From sequence record DRR723986_6891: DNA of 43,238 nt; one strand, written 5' to 3'. Below are positions 40,805 to 43,238 of the stretch, in pieces. A program made the position numbers and the translations under genes. Position 1 is the first letter of the stretch. The number at the start of each line of letters is the position of its first letter. Under the pieces are notes generated by a model. It made no database searches. It saw nothing but the letters and a program-made list of their open reading frames with translations, and was not told where the DNA came from.

Positions 40805-41030
40805 GGACGCGACGTCCTCCGCGCGTGGCACTTTTCGGTACCGGCTCTCGCCGCACCGACCTGACACTTTATCACAGCTTTCAAAATTCCTCGGGATTTT
40901 AACAAGTTACGCGCCAAATGACAGTGTACTCCGGAAACCCAGCGGACAGCGCAGGAACTACTATGTGTGGGTTTCACTCCTGCGTTGTGTCATTATTGGC
41001 AGCGATTCTGTCGGACCCTCACGACCTGCC

Positions 41031-42752
41031 ATGTTCCTCCGAGTTACCGCAACCCTGATTCTCCTGTCGCTGGGCGCCTGCGCCACAGCGCCGGAGCCGG
41101 TCGCGCCACCCACCGCAGCGCCCGAGCCGGTTGCCACCGTGGAGCCGCCTGAGCGTTCGATCCCGGCAGACAGCCTCTATCCGCTGCTGGTTGCAGAGTT
41201 CGGTCTGCGCCGACGCGCCTACGATGTGGCATTAAACCAGTACATGACCGAAGCGCCCCGGCTGCGGGACCCGGGGGTCAGTGCCCACACCACCCACCTC
41301 GCCCAGTTCATGCAGCGCGGCCCGGAAGCCCTGGAGGCCGCCCAACTCTGGGTAGAGCTTGAGCCGGACAATATCGAAGCTAACGGCACCGTCGCCAATT
41401 TGCTGGTGCGCTCGGGCAGAACCCTGGAGGCGGTACCCCACGTGGCGGTTGTCGCACGCTCCGGCAATGAGGCCAGCTTCCCGATGCTGCTCAACGGCTT
41501 CCGGCTGCTGTCGCTGGAAGAACAGGCGCAAATGGTCGCCAGTATCAACCAGCTCGCCGATGAGTTCCCCGAGGATACCGGCTTGCTGTTGACCCAGGTG
41601 CTGATCCACGAGGAACTGGGGCAGGACAAGCAGGCCCTGGCCAAACTCGACCGCTTGTTCCGTATCGACCCCTACCAGAACCAGGCCATGCTGGTGGAGG
41701 CCAAACTGCTGCAGGAACAGGGCGCGAAGAATCCGCTGGCGCGCATCGAACAGGCGCTGGCAAGCAGTCCTGACGACGCACGCCTGCGCCTGCAGTACGC
41801 ACGACTGTTGACTCAAAGCGACATAGACGCCGCCCGCGCCCAGTTCGAGATTCTCTCCGCACAATCGCCCCGCGATGGCGACCTGCTGTTCTCGCTGGCG
41901 CTGATCAACAAGGAAATGGGTGACCGGCTGGCGGCCAAGGCGTATTTGCGCCAGCTGATCGACCTCGGCCAGCGCACGGATGAGGCCTATTACTACCTCG
42001 GCCGGCTGGAAGAAGATGAAGGCAATGGCCAGTCCGCCCTCGCCTTCTATCGCAAGGTAGAGGAAGGCCGCGACTTTCTCAGCGCAAACAGCCGCATCGG
42101 CAAATTGCTGATCGCCCAGGGCGAGCTGAATGGCAGCATGGCCCATTTCGCCGGCCTGCGCGCAGCCAACCCCGAGCAGCGCGAGCAGCTGTACGCACTG
42201 GAGGCCGAGTTACTCAGTGATGCCGGGTTCCTCGACAACAGCCTCGCCCTGCTGAACGAGGGCCTGCAGGAATACCCGGATTCAACCACCCTGCGCTACA
42301 GCCGCTCCATGGTCGGCGAACAGCAGGACGACCTGGCCCTGATGGAAAGCGACCTGCGTGCGATCCTTGAGCGCGAACCGGACAATGCTACAGCGCTCAA
42401 TGCGCTGGGTTACACCCTGGCCAACCGCACCACCCGCTACGAGGAAGCGCGCGACCTGATCGCCCGCGCCCTCGAGCTGCAGCCTGGCGAACCGGCCATT
42501 CTCGACAGCATGGGCTGGGTACTGTTCAAACTCGGTGACTACGCGCAGGCCCTGGATTACCTCAAGCAGGCCTATGCCAGCTTCCCGGACCCGGAGGTTG
42601 CCGCTCACCTGGGAGAAGTGCTGTGGGTCAGCGGCGACCAGGACGCAGCGCTGGTAATCTGGCGCGAGGCGCTTGAGCAGGCACCGGAGCACGAGATTCT
42701 GCGCAACACCCTGCAGCGCCTCGACGTTACCGCTCTGCAGGAAAGCCCCTGA
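41031..42752 (+). CDS. TPR-repeat lipoprotein (LbcA/PA4667-like)
   Basis: Lipobox LGAC, many TPRs, ALNALGYTLA, ILDSMGWVLF and EVAAHLGEVLW; sits between hemA and lolB. Confidence 0.88.
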   Translation: MFLRVTATLILLSLGACATAPEPVAPPTAAPEPVATVEPPERSIPADSLYPLLVAEFGLRRRAYDVALNQYMTEAPRLRDPGVSAHTTHLAQFMQRGPEALEAAQLWVELEPDNIEANGTVANLLVRSGRTLEAVPHVAVVARSGNEASFPMLLNGFRLLSLEEQAQMVASINQLADEFPEDTGLLLTQVLIHEELGQDKQALAKLDRLFRIDPYQNQAMLVEAKLLQEQGAKNPLARIEQALASSPDDARLRLQYARLLTQSDIDAARAQFEILSAQSPRDGDLLFSLALINKEMGDRLAAKAYLRQLIDLGQRTDEAYYYLGRLEEDEGNGQSALAFYRKVEEGRDFLSANSRIGKLLIAQGELNGSMAHFAGLRAANPEQREQLYALEAELLSDAGFLDNSLALLNEGLQEYPDSTTLRYSRSMVGEQQDDLALMESDLRAILEREPDNATALNALGYTLANRTTRYEEARDLIARALELQPGEPAILDSMGWVLFKLGDYAQALDYLKQAYASFPDPEVAAHLGEVLWVSGDQDAALVIWREALEQAPEHEILRNTLQRLDVTALQESP

Positions 42753-42755
42753 CCC

Positions 42756-43238
42756 ATGGGTCTGCCGCTCCGCCTGGCTTCCCTGTGGCTGGGCGCCCTG
42801 CTGCTCACCGCCTGCGCCACCCAGCCGCCGCTTGATTCTGCCGATCGCAGCTGGGAGCAGCGGCGCCAGGACCTCACCCGACTTCAGGACTGGGCGCTCG
42901 AGGGCAAGCTCGCCCTGCGCACCCCCGAACGCTCGGACAGCGCCAACCTCTCCTGGGCCCAGTCAGGGCGTCAGGCCGACTTGCTGCTCAGTGGGCCGCT
43001 GGGCGCTGGTTCAACCCGCCTATACAGCGACGGCCAGCTGTTATCCGTATACCAGGGCGACCAGCGCCAGGACTACGATATCTCCAGTCCCGGGGCCATT
43101 GCCGCGAGTACGGGCTGGGACCTGCCGCTGAAAGCCCTTCCCTTCTGGCTCCGGGGCATACCGGCACCGGAGGCCGAGGTGGACCAGCTGCTGGTCGAGG
43201 ACAATCTGCTGCGCCAGCTGGCGCAGGCGGGCTGGCTG
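42756..43238 (+). CDS. lolB: Outer-membrane lipoprotein insertase LolB (runs off the window)
   Basis: Not in the ORF track. ATG 42756 gives MGLPLRLASLWLGALLLTAC (lipobox)...WALEGKLAL...LSGPLGAG...GWDLPLKALPFWLRGIP. Confidence 0.93.
   Translation, partial: MGLPLRLASLWLGALLLTACATQPPLDSADRSWEQRRQDLTRLQDWALEGKLALRTPERSDSANLSWAQSGRQADLLLSGPLGAGSTRLYSDGQLLSVYQGDQRQDYDISSPGAIAASTGWDLPLKALPFWLRGIPAPEAEVDQLLVEDNLLRQLAQAGWL

Noticed and set aside
40860..40876. Possible Fnr/Anr or CRP site upstream of hemA (CTGACACTTTATCACA)
   Set aside because: Only one half-site fits either consensus at the correct spacing.

Overview
GC-rich (roughly 65% by eye) gammaproteobacterial core-genome segment. The gene order is Pseudomonas-like and the proteins resemble Cellvibrionales/Halieaceae (inference). 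It holds 46 tightly packed, apparently intact genes, two of them cut by the window edges: rpsI(partial)-rplM, zapE, zapG(yhcB), Nif3-like, degS/algW, the mlaC-ibaG-murA-hisG-hisD unit, the yrbG-kdsD-kdsC-lptCAB-rpoN-hpf-ptsN-rapZ-npr-mgtE-darP run, mreBCD-maf-rng-yhdP, gatCAB plus a PA4642-family gene, smrA, a Cys-rich CWC gene with cysZ, rhlB, a DoxX(HvfX-like) gene, a MATE pump, hemA-prfA-prmC-moeB, an LbcA-like TPR lipoprotein and lolB(partial). I found no tRNA/rRNA, IS, prophage, CRISPR array, defence island or pseudogene, and I cannot support a new multi-gene system here. The best leads are small and mostly cis-regulatory: (1) an ATC start codon for mreC behind a perfect hairpin; (2) a terminator-like hairpin and mini-ORF directly in front of mgtE; (3) an antisense sigma-54 site upstream of rpoN; (4) three interlocking helices in the hemA/lbcA spacer; (5) a perfect DnaA box next to the rhlB promoter. 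Several normally conserved neighbours are missing from the locus (mlaFED/mlaB, hisC, tldD/pmbA). All product calls come from recognising protein motifs and synteny by eye; no database search was run.
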